Part shown: piece by piece, positions 25,554-36,946 of the stretch
Layout: every line of letters starts with the position of its first letter
Position numbering within the stretch: the first letter of the stretch is position 1
Made by a program: the position numbers and the translations under genes
The notes under the pieces: model-generated
Databases searched by the model: none
What the model saw: only the letters and a program-made list of their open reading frames with translations
Told to the model about the DNA's origin: nothing
From: Octopus vulgaris
Taxonomy: Eukaryota
DNA length: 64,000 nucleotides
Assembly (NCBI GenBank): GCA_951406725.2
Contig: OX597814.1
Span: 207,886,001-207,950,000, forward strand
Reading direction: 5' to 3'

Positions 25554-26207
25554 CTCTTTACCCTTTTACTTGTTTCAGTCATTTGACTGCGGCCATGCTG
25601 GAGCACCACCTTTAGTCGAGCAAATCGACCCCGGGACTTATTCTTTGTAAGCCCAGTACTTATTCTATCGGTCTCTTTTGCCGAACCGCTAAGTGACGGG
25701 GACATAAACACACCAGCATTGGTTGTCAAGCAATGCTAGGGGGACAAACACAGACACACAAACACATAGTGCCGGTGGCACATAAAAAGCACCATCCGTT
25801 CATGGCCGTTTTGCCAGGTCTGTCTGGCACCTGTGCGGGTGGCACGTAAAAAGCACCCACTACACTCACGGAGTGGTTGGCGTTAGGAAGGGCATCCAGC
25901 CGTAGAAACACTGCCAGATCAGACTGGGCCTGATGAAGCCTTCTGGCTTCACAGACCCCAGTAGAACCGTCCAACCCATGCTAGCATGGAAAGCGGACGC
26001 TAAACGATGATGATGATGATGATATATATATATATACATATATACGACAGGCTTCTTTCAGTTTCCGTCAACCAAATCCACTCACAAGGCATTGGTCGGC
26101 CCGGGGCTATAGCAGAAGACACTTGCCCAAGATGCCATGCAGTGGGACTGAACCTGGAACCATGTGGTTGGTTAGCAAGCTACTTACCACACAGCCACTC
26201 CTGCGCC
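25554..26207 (-). mobile_element. SINE S1 interrupted by an RTE 3' end (25769-26021, + strand)
   Basis: SINE tail at 25554-25766 and head at 26022-26207 flank the RTE piece, which sits at the SINE's internal microsatellite. Confidence 0.8.
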
Positions 26208-26574
26208 TGTAATTTAGGTTACCTGCTTTGTATGAAAATTGTTTCTATATCATCAATTGTTCTGTGCAAATTAGAGCAGAGACATTCCAACAAGTCAGCT
26301 TGCAGACAAACCACTTGAACTGTGACATTTGTTGCTGCTGTTTATTCCCATCTCAGTCCTAATTGAGCAGACTTATGATCAAAAGTGTTCCAGTCATGAC
26401 ATACATGGGAATGCATTTTCCAGTCTTTCTATACTGTTTAAGATCACAGGGTGTGATATATATACGAAGGAAGTTTATTTCTAATAGATCAAGAGACCAT
26501 ATTTATATGAGTGTATACATAATGAAATTTGCCGGAGAAGATTTATTGAGGTAAGTGTAAACAAATCAAAATGG

Positions 26575-27291
26575 CTGACGTGGCTGATCACAGTACCACC
26601 TGATTGGCACTCATACCAATGGAACATCAAAAGCATATCTGAGCATGATTGGCTCCCATGCTGGTGACATGTGAAAAGCACCATTTGAGCGTGATCGTTG
26701 CCAGCATCACCTCACCGGCACATGAAGAACAACATTCGACATCCGAGCATGGTCATTGCCAATGCCATCAGACTGGCTCCCATGCCAGTGGCATGTAAAA
26801 AGCACCCACTACACTCACGGAGTGGTTGGCGTTAGGAAGAGCATCCAGCAGTAGAAACTCTGCCAGATCAGACTGAGCCTGATACAGCCTCTGGCTCAGT
26901 AGTCCTCAGTCAAACAATTACGCTCCATATGTAAGTATTGTATAGACCAGTGGTTTTCAACCAGGGTTCCGCAAGGAAGGAAAATGCACTCCCATGTAAT
27001 TGGTGGCACCATTTGAGCGTGATTGTTGCCAGCATCGCTTCACCGGCACATGAAGAACAACATTCGACATCCGAGCATGGTCATTGCCAGTGCCATCAGA
27101 CTGGCTCCCATGCCAGTGGCACGTAAAAAGCACCCCCTACATTTGGAGTGGCTTGGTGTTAGGAAGGGCATCCAGCAGTAGAAACATTGCCAGATCAGAC
27201 TGAGCCTGTTGCAGCCTCTGGCTCACTAGTCCTCAGTCAAACCGTCCAACCCATGCCAGCATGGAAAGCAGATGTTAAATGATGATGATGA
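26575..27291 (+). mobile_element. RTE LINE 3' UTR, locally tandem-duplicated
   Basis: About 26651-26915 is repeated at about 26988-27242 with shared private features. Confidence 0.75.
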
Positions 27292-27544
27292 CATACACAT
27301 ATATGCATGCATTCTTTAACTGGTTGAAGCCTTTACCCTAACTGTACTTGTGTATATAAATGAATCTGCAGATTCCTGAATACATGATGGCACAAAAACA
27401 CTAACAATTGTTAATTTTTGTTTGTTTTGTGTTTATTGTAATGAACATTTGAAGATGCATTATATGCAAAGATCCAATGAGTTATGGCTGAGTACATTTC
27501 CTACCATTCACTACTGCAAGTGTGTGTGTGTGAATACACATCTA

Positions 27545-28030
27545 TCTATAATACCTTAAAACTCAGTTTGAACCTTGCTTGCTTGCAATGTTACCCAGCC
27601 AAACTGGCACATAATGGGAAAACATTTAATTAAGTTTACCCTGAAATGTTAATATGGATGGAATGAAACAGGTTTCACGTAAATCAGAGTAGTAGTTACT
27701 GAGATATTCAGGGTTTGGGGGTATAAATACCCAAAATGGTGCATAACTTCATCCTGAAAGAGAAGAAACTCTAACCTTTCAATTAGACACTGACTTGACA
27801 ACGAAAAAATTCAATTTGTTGTTTTTCAGTATGTTTCTGTTTTCGCTTTTGTTAAACAATATTTTAATTACTTAGAACTAAGCTGTTTGTACAATAAGTT
27901 TTTATATTTTAGCTCTCTTTAAACAGACAATATTTTAATGTTCTGTGTATAATAATTTTTTCCCCATAAGTTTTTTTTGAGTGCATTAAACGTATCTCAC
28001 CTCCAAAGATTTGGCTGCTATTTCTAGCAC
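27545..28030 (+). mobile_element. Dispersed AT-rich repeat, probable Helitron 5' part (family H2)
   Basis: Starts A|TCTATAATA; colinear with 63021-63685. Confidence 0.55.
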
Positions 28031-28280
28031 ACCCTGCTACCATGTAACAGCTTTTTGCAATAAAGGACCCAAGATACCAGTTACATAGTTGCAGGGTGTG
28101 CAAGAAATAGCAGCCAAATCTTTCCTTTTGAGGGAAAGGAGACATTTATGCGTGACTTCGATGTCACATTCGTTGATAGCATGCAAAATAACCTGGAAAA
28201 GAAAAAAAAACCCATGAAACAAAACTCTATAGCTAGGAAACTCAGACTTTCCCAGTAACCCATGGGTAGTCTAGTATATA

Positions 28281-29304
28281 TATCATCATCATCCTCATCA
28301 TTTAACGTCCGTTTTCCATGCTGGCATGGGTTGGATGGATTGACTGAGCTCTGGAGAGCCAGTGGCTGTACCAGGCTCCAACCTGATCTTGCAATGTTTC
28401 TACAGCAGGATGCCCTTCCTAACGCCAACCACTCTGAGAGTGTAGTGGGTACTTTTTACATGCCACAGCACAGGAGCCAGTCAGGGGGTACTGGCATCGG
28501 CCACGTTTGGATGGTGCTTTTTATGTGCCATTGGCATGGGAACCAGTCAGGGGGCATTGGCCACAACTACAATATTGGTTTTACTTGACTCAACAGGTCT
28601 TCTCAAGCATTTATTGCCCAACGCATCAGGGGTACTCTTAACGGGGTCAGACATGCATGGCTGCAATCTCACTTTAGTTGCTGAGTCTTCTCAATCAAAG
28701 CATATCTCCAAAGGTCTCCATCTCCTGTCATTGCCTCTGTGAGACCCAATGTTCGAAGGTCATGCTTCATCACCTCATCCTATGTCTTCCTGGGTCTACC
28801 TCTTCCACAGGTTCCTTCCAGAGTTAGGGAGTGGCACTTCGTCATGCAGCTGTCCTCAACCATACATAACACACGACCATACCAGCACAATCGTCTCTCT
28901 TGTACACCACATTTGTTGCTTCTTATGCCCAACTTTTCTCTCAGGGTATTTACACTGTTGTGTATGCACACTGACATTACACATCCAGCGGATCATACTA
29001 GCTTCATTTCTTTCAAGCCTGTGCATGTCCTCAGCAGTCATGGCCCATGTTTCACTGCCATGTAGCATGGCAGTTAGCGCACATGCATCATACCGTCTCC
29101 CTTTCATCCTGAGCATGAGGCCCTTAATGGTCAACAGAGGTAGGAGCTCCCTGAACTTTGCCCAGGCTATTCTTATTGTAGCTGCTACACTCTCAGAACA
29201 ACCACTCCCGACTACAAACTTGGTTGTCTACGTAGTGGAAGCTATTAATTACTTCTAGTTTCTTCCCCTGGCATGTGATGGAATCTGTTTTCTGTACATC
29301 TTCA

Positions 29305-29309
<5 letters not shown>
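28281..29309 (-). mobile_element. 5'-truncated, frameshifted RTE-clade LINE
   Basis: Fragments LHGSETW, ERNEASMIRWMCNV, RRLCWYG, GRGRPRKT; same 3' UTR and tail as 1574-2705. Confidence 0.85.
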
Positions 29310-29341
<32 letters not shown>

Positions 29342-29870
29342 CAATTGCAGTGTGGAAGGTGTTTGTAAGCCATTTAAGAAACACACGAAAGCCATTCGAT
29401 TCACTTCTGAAACGAAAACAAAAGCCGTTCGATTCACTTCAACATTAGCACGGATTTTTGTCAGTGAACAGGTCGCAGTCTTATAGTGACGAAAATATTT
29501 CGACAAATTAAACTTAAATGTTGAAGTGAATCGAACGGCTTTTGTGTGTTTCTTAAATGGATTACAAACACCTTCCACGCTGCAATTGTTTTCGTTCCAG
29601 CACACGATCTCAGATCAAATCACTTGCTATGCAAGTACATCTCTGTAATATATATATATATATATATATCCAGCTGTAGAAATCATACCAAAGCTGACAA
29701 CAGAGTTTGGTGCAGTCTTCTCACTTGGCAGTTCCTGTCAAACTGTTTCATTTATGCCAGCATGAAAAATGGATGTTGAATGAAGAGGATGTATGTACAT
29801 GTACAGTATATATATCTATATACGTTGTGTGTGTATATAAAGTATATATAATATAAGATAATTCACTAAC

Positions 29871-29968
29871 TTTGGAACAGGCAGCAATATGGTGATATAT
29901 CATTGGAAATCCTGCTACAGGAAACAGGGGCTTTGGAAGATCCAAGGATAATGGCCGGAACCGAGTAC
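29871..29968 (-). CDS. GMPPA: GMPPA coding exon 2 ([33 protein letters not shown])
   Basis: Acceptor tttatcag|, donor AAA|GTTAGT; nucleotidyltransferase signature. Confidence 0.95.
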
Positions 29969-30457
29969 CTGATAAAAACAATAAGAATAATCTTTTCAAG
30001 AACTATTTAAATTAAAATGTATCACATAGTTTATTAAATACAATAAGGATTTCTCATATAGGTGAAATCTCTAAATTTATTAGGAAGAGAGTTGACTGAA
30101 TCACACCAGTCAATGACTGGTTTTTAATTCATTGACTTTCACTAGTTAAAAAGCTAATTCAAGCAAGATTTGAATTATGAACAGAAAAAGTTGGCAGATG
30201 ACTTCAGTTTTGAATGTTAATTTATGAGACCAATTTTCTTATAAGCTGAAACAGCTGCCAAGATAACAGCTCATTGGACTTGTAGAATATTTACTTATTT
30301 TTTTACTTACTGTTCTGGAGATAATGGTAGTGTCCATGGCCTTTGCAAGCCCTCCAAGACCAGAGTACAGTTATCAGTATGCTATAGTTTAAAGATCTAT
30401 TCATAGCTGAGTTTGGTTGTGATCTACACCCTCCTGATATTGAAAAGTTTAAAAGTT

Positions 30458-30922
30458 TATTTCTTTATTGCCCACAAGGGGCTAAACATAGAGGGGACAA
30501 ACAAAGGTATTAAGTCAATTACATTAACTCCAGTGTGTAACTGGTACTTATTTAAGGCGGCGAGCTGGCAGAAACGTTAGCACGCCGGGCGAAATGCTTA
30601 CCGGTATTTCATCTGCGTTACGTTGTGAGTTCAAATTCCGCCGAGGTCGACTTTGCCTTTCATCCTTTCAGGGTCAATGAATTAAGTACCAGTTACGCAC
30701 TGGGGTCGATGTAATCGACTTAATACCTATGTCTGTCCTTGTTTGTCCCCTCTGTGTTTAGCCCCTTGTGGGTAATAAAGAAATAGGTACTTATTTAATC
30801 GACCCCCGAAAGGATGAAAGGTAAAGTCGACCTCAGTGGAATTTGAACTCAGAATGTAACCGCAGACGAAATACCACTAAGCATTTCGCTTGGCATGCTA
30901 TCATTTCTGCCAGCTCATTGCC
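30458..30922. mobile_element. S2 SINE (+, 30556-30785) nested in an S2 SINE (-)
   Basis: 13-bp TSD GGTACTTATTTAA at 30543-30555 and 30786-30798. Confidence 0.85.
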
Positions 30923-31933
30923 TTTAAGTTCTTTATAGTGTCTCCCAACTCCCTTTTCATCTTTCTGCAATACAATGTTGTCACACAGATAAGAAAGATT
31001 TTAAGCAGTACAGAAGCCAGCATGCCTAATTCAACAACCCAAAAGATATTTCATAAGATTGGCTCAAGTTATTAAGTGTTTCAAACCAAAGTTTTATAAA
31101 TCCATGGGTTGATACATCATATCAAAGAAAGTAGTGAATTGTTTTTGCTGCAAACTTTTTCCAAACAAATCAAAAACAGGACTTGCGAAGGCATACATGA
31201 ACACAAGCTTTCTTAAGTGGGAGCATGCTACTGAGCAAAAGGGGGCTTTGGCTATCAACTAGAGGTCCCAATTTTATATATCAGCTGCTTCTCAATGAAG
31301 AGGCTGCTAAAAACTCAGGGAAAGGAATATATCAAGGCCACAACGCTTATCTGAAGCAAGTTTGCGACCATAAACACTACCTTTTTATTTTTGCCTTAAT
31401 TTTATATTAACAACACTAGAGAAGAATTCCTGAAGACATGAAGATGGTGCAAAAGGGCAAGGCAAGGATTTTTTTTTTTTTTTTTGTCATTTAGCATCTG
31501 CTAATGGACCTAATATTCTTAATCCCTGATGACACAACTTTATTATCCGAGAACAGTAAAATGGAGAGGCTCTGAAATGCAAAATATTTAAACCTCAATA
31601 TTCAGAACAACCATATTGCTAGCTTGGAATCAATAACTAAAGGAGAAATAGAACTCAATAAGTGGGTAAATCAGGCTCATTTGCATTAATTAAGGATGAA
31701 AAAAAAAAAATTTCAAAAACGAAACAGCTCTTAATTGTTCTGTGCTAAACCTTCAACAATGTTTCTATGAAGTTATTGGATATTGATCAGCTTCTAAACT
31801 TGATTAAATTACTTCTGTAGTGCATACTATCAGTGCCAACTTCTGTCGGTGTTGTTGGCAGTGTGAAGCCCCAAATGAAATAGTAATAGTAGTAGTTTAA
31901 TTGAAAAACTTTGTCTTGGACATTGGTCTATAC

Positions 31934-32151
31934 CATTGCTTTTTAAACTTTTTGCTGGAGCGGAACCCCAAGGAAACATTCCACTGGCCCGAGGAACCCC
32001 TGTGCAATAATTTAATAGTCTTATGCACACATATCTGCACAGGAGACTTAAAAATTACTGCCGATTTTAGCAGTTTTGTAACTTCTTGCGGAACCCTTGG
32101 ACTGAACTAGCGGAACCCTAAGGTTCTGCGGAACCATGTTGAAAACCACTG
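31934..32151. mobile_element. Non-autonomous hAT element
   Basis: 8-bp TSD GTCTATAC (31926-31933 and 32152-32159); termini CATTGCTTTTTAAAC / GTTGAAAACCACTG; repeated GGAACCC subterminal motifs. Confidence 0.82.
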
Positions 32152-32509
32152 GTCTATACAATACTTACATATGGAGCGTAACTTATCCTGTTAGGCGAAG
32201 TTTCAAAACGAAAGATAGCCTCCTGCTATATTAAGTGATTAATTATTTTACTGATTAATTATATTGATTAATTATAAATATATACAACACAATTAAATAT
32301 AACAGTGCAAGAGGGGATGGGAGGGAGAGATTTTTAAGTACTTATTTTGAAACTTGGTGGCGTACTGCGGAGTAAAATTGACGATGGATTGAAAATGCAG
32401 TAAGATATACTTGTCAGGATAAGATACGTGCAATTTGTACATTTTTTTCTTTGTTATTCTTTCTCTTTACTTTCACCGTTTCAACACTTCGTTATATACA
32501 CTCACACAG

Positions 32510-32547
<38 letters not shown>

Positions 32548-34380
32548 ATATATATTGGTAAAACGGTAAGATAACAAAAGAAAGAAAGAGACCTCAATAT
32601 TACGTAAATAGAGGAAATTTATCTATACAATAATAAGTTACATTACTCGATAGTTTTATCTTGACTATCGAGTAATGTAACATATTATTGTATATATATA
32701 TATATGTATCGCCTGGCGGTGCATATCTATACGTGGATGTGTAAGAAGAAAGCAAAACATAAGTTTACAGTCTTTAAAAAAGATCATTTACTACGCAACA
32801 CCTGGATAGACAGACACGTCACCGTCGGTGACAAGTGGCGAAGTATATGCGCAAAAACGAAATAATTTTGAAGGAAGTGGGGAAGTACCAATTACATCAA
32901 CCTCAGTGCTCGAATGGTACTTATTTTATCGACCCCCGAAACGATAAAGAGCAGTCGACTTCGTCGGTATTTAAAGTGAAAACGTAGGAAGATATTCAAA
33001 AGAAATCTTAAAACTTTACTGAGAGTTTTGACTTGCTACTTACGCTCCCAAGTCTGACACCCCACTAAAAAACTACCACGCCCCACCTCGAAAATCCGGC
33101 AGGGTCGGGTGAAGCGGCCAAAATAATTTCTGCACACAACTCGTTAAAACACAATGAGATATGCAAAGTTACGAATATCTTCAATAAATTATAGAGCTAG
33201 GAATCATAATAGTAGAACAAATTTTTTTTTTTTCTAATATAAATACTTCGTTACTTTGTAAATAACTGGAAAGGTGATCCAGTGTTGACATTTCACATGA
33301 AACATGCTATTTCGATGGAAAAATATGGCAATGTATGTATGTACAACATAACTACAGTTACACCAATTGTACTTGGGGAAATGTGGGATGAACAGAAATA
33401 GTGTAGAAGAGTTCTGGGACATTTCAGATATATGTTTGTGCCTTCTTTAATAGATAGTTTGAGAAGATACAATAACATTGGTTCTGAGACGTTTAACAAC
33501 AGCAAATGGTGATTTAGTACTGTCGCTTTGCTGAAGACTGGGTGTTTGAATTAGCTTGAACAACAGTGCCCGACAATAACAATTAATTCTCTCATGAATT
33601 TTTCTTCCTTCAACTAAAGTTAAAACACGTCTATAGTATCGCAAAATAATAATAATTCTTAATATAAACACAAGGTTTGGAATTCTGAAAGGATTAAAGG
33701 CGAAGTGGACATCGATGGAATGTGAACTCAACGTAAAGCCGGAAGAAATGGTGCTATGCATTTTGTCCGGTGTGTTAATACATTCCGTATGTCAACGAAA
33801 CTGAAGCTAACTTCATTTATTTACAAATTAGCTGAATATGATTTACACTTAGGATATGATTATAATACTTTGATGGAAGAGCGTTGGAATAATAATCAAG
33901 AAAACGTCTATTTTTTTTTTAAAGAACATATAAATCATTTGTAAAGGATGGGTACGGGTGGAACGCCTTTTATCACAGGTCTGCTCAATAGACCGTGACT
34001 TGGGGCTGAATAATAACACTAAAGTATAAACCCGAAGAAGCCAAATTTTAAATGAAATACAAAAAAAGAAAAGCAACCCAATCTTTTAGACAATTAATGA
34101 AAGAACATTTTTTCAAGGAGTGGGTGTGACTTCATAAAAATGACATCAAGAAAGGAAGGTTATGTATTTAGGGCGTATAACTACAATCCTTCAACACTAT
34201 TTTTTATTTATTCAACATGTTCTCCTATTATTAATTAAATAAATTAAAAACGATATACAATCAATTACACGATGTATTCATCTTAATTTTTAGAAATTAC
34301 TTTTCAGCTTAAATCTTACGTCTTCGACGAACGAGTAAGGGAGGAGATGGCTATAAACATTTACAAATATCCATGACATA

Positions 34381-34589
34381 GTTAAGTTAAGTTAATTAAT
34401 TGACTCAAAAAGCAAAAAGCAAGGACATGTAGGGGGGACATGGAGTTATGTACAGGGTGGTGTTCATTCATGCAAAGAGATCAGGCCATCTCTGGTCAAG
34501 AGAGACTTTGAACCGATCCTTTTCTTTGTATTTCTCTTAAGGGTTTCTGTGGTAGGTAATATACTCTGTTAGGCTTGAACTTATTTTCC

Positions 34590-34626
<37 letters not shown>

Positions 34627-34724
34627 AAGTTAAGTTAATTATTTGGCTCAAAAAGCAAGGCCATGTAGGGGGACATGGAGTTAATTTACAGGGTGGTGTG
34701 TTCATGCAAAGAGTTCAGGCCATT

Positions 34725-34759
<35 letters not shown>

Positions 34760-34915
34760 TAAGTTAAGTTGATTATTTGACTAAAAAAGCAAAAGGCAAG
34801 GCCATGTAGTGGGGGACATGTAGTTATGTACAGGGTGGTGGTGTTCATGCAAAGAGTTCAGGCCACTTGTGGTCAAGAGAGACTTTGAACCGAGCGGTCG
34901 TTGGCATCTTCACTA
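34381..34915 (-). repeat. Three stacked copies of a retroposon-like 3' end with a (TTAAC)n tail
   Basis: Copies at 34381-34516, 34624-34723 and 34758-34915 share one end and differ in length at the other; separated by (TA)n/(TG)n. Confidence 0.7.
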
Positions 34916-35027
34916 TCTCGTACATGATAGATAATAAATAAGCTAATAAATAAGCTTTTGCACCTAGAAAAAATATAAGTATTCGAACCGTCCCTGGTGA
35001 GTGATGAATTACTTGAGATATTCTTAC

Positions 35028-35067
35028 CTTTCATCGGTCCTCCTATAAGAATGACAGCTTTGATCAT
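35028..35067 (-). CDS. GMPPA: GMPPA coding exon 1 (MIKAVILIGGPMK-G)
   Basis: ATG at 35067; donor AAG|GTAAGA; phase 1. Confidence 0.93.
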
Positions 35068-35764
35068 ATTTGGTCCAAGACGTTACCAAAGCGTTACGAA
35101 AGTCCTTTATATTATAAATATAAAAATATCATACAACATACAAGGCTGGAACCAGCACTGAACTTTATGTAGACTGTCTAATTAATCTTACAACAAGTGG
35201 ATACTACGTGGTTGCAATCTGACTTCTCTACAAGTTTATCCACGTTGTCAACACAGGAATGTGCCGTAAATTGTTTCGACTGTCGTTAGACTATGCTCCT
35301 GTTGCTAAGAACATTAATTTAACAAAGAATCTCATTATTCTTTCTTTCTCTCTTTCTCTTTTCCTTCTCTCTCGCCTTTTTATTTCGCTTATTTTTTTGG
35401 GTTCATTTCGCTTATTTTTCTTTTATTTATTTTTATCTGCTTTTTACTTCTTCCGTAATTATTTCAACTTTACTTTCAATTTCTGTTTTCTTTATCGTTT
35501 TCTTTCGTTTTTATTATTTTTTTCTCTCTCTCTCTCTCAATCAATATTAATTGGGTACTAGTACTTATTAATTGTCGGTTATGAGCAGTTGTGACCTTGT
35601 TTCTTATTTTGAAAATAGTAAAATAGATTTTTTTTTTTTTTCAAGTAGGAAATTTTGAAAGAAAGCAGAGATTGAAGAAAATCTCTAAAGATTTTCTAAG
35701 GCATATTAATGATGTCGTGGCTGCGACTGTAGGGTTCGCTGGAAACGATGGAGCAAATGATTTT

Positions 35765-35935
35765 ACGATGAGCATGGTGGTGGTGATGCTGGTGATGATG
35801 ATGATGATGAAAAGAGGAAGAGGACGAGGATGGTGATGATGATGATGATGAAAAGAGGAAGAGGACGAGGATGGTGATGATGATGATGATGATAATGATG
35901 ATGATGATGACGACGATTAGGAGGAGGAGGAGGTT
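35765..35935. repeat. (GAT)n/(GAG)n low-complexity tract with a duplicated ~40-bp unit
   Basis: aaagaggaagaggacgaggatggtgatgatg occurs twice. Confidence 0.9.
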
Positions 35936-36946
35936 TCTCAGTTGATTTCATAATATAAAAAGTGGTTGATTGAATGAAATAAAATAGAGGTTTAAAATAA
36001 TAGTTACTTTAGAAGACAAATTAGCTTCATTACTTAATTTCAATAAATTCACTAACAAGAAAACTATAGAGAACAAATATTCTAGTGTAAATGCAGAGCC
36101 CTTTTTTTAACAAACTTAGTAGTTGTGACTGTTATAATTACCAAGGAAAATCTGTACACGACATTATTAGGAAAGCAGGCATTTCTACAAATAATTCTGA
36201 TCCGACTGCAAATTCTGACTGCCTACAACTGGGATATCAGAACAAACTCATATGACATCAGCTCACCTAGAGGTATGGTGATTTAGGCAGGGCCTTTCAC
36301 ATGTTATTTTATTTATTACACTTCCTTCAGAACGTTAAGAAGAAATATAACATTCCAAAGTAACATACGTAAAAATAAAGCATATACACACAGACACATA
36401 TGCTCTAAAGATGATGAGTGAAAGCAGAAGCAATGCCTTTTACTCTGGCATACCTAAAAGAAAAGAAACAGAACAAATACTAGTTCAGAAATTGTTATAT
36501 ACCAACCTATTGCAACATACCCAAAAGGCAACTGATCCTGTGTAACCCCAATTACCCTCAAGTAATGCATACCAGAGTTCATGCATATCGTCTTCAAACT
36601 GAGTAATCTTTGTTTCTACAGGGATCCAATCTACAGAAACAGTAAGTCCAAAATTCTAAGGACAGTTTCTCTGAGCCTACTAATTAATGCCTTCATTTCC
36701 AACATCTTAAAAGATCATGGAAACAGTTATGAACAATCACCTCTTTCAATATTTCTAAGATACATTTTCCTCAGTTACCACTAGTATGATTTTCAACTAA
36801 ATCTGTCGCCTGTTAGTATGACATCCTCTCTACACCTTAAAAAATTTCACCCTTTGATCTTATCTGGTATATATCTGTAGCATACACTCGAGTGAAATTC
36901 CTCTCCTCTCTATTATATATATATATATATATATATATATTGACTG

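Larger units (their letters stand above)
319..35067 (-). other. GMPPA: GMPPA gene span (9 coding exons in window; 3' end lies beyond position 1)
   Basis: Exons of 40+98+104+193+60+131+129+145+93 = 993 nt splice in frame with GT-AG ends. The N-terminal motif [16 protein letters not shown] is the GMPPA form (GMPPB has ILVGGYGTRLRPLT). Confidence 0.95.

Noticed and set aside
35068-35330. GMPPA core promoter
   Set aside because: Probably nearby, but no TSS or motif can be fixed from sequence alone, and an upstream non-coding exon cannot be excluded.
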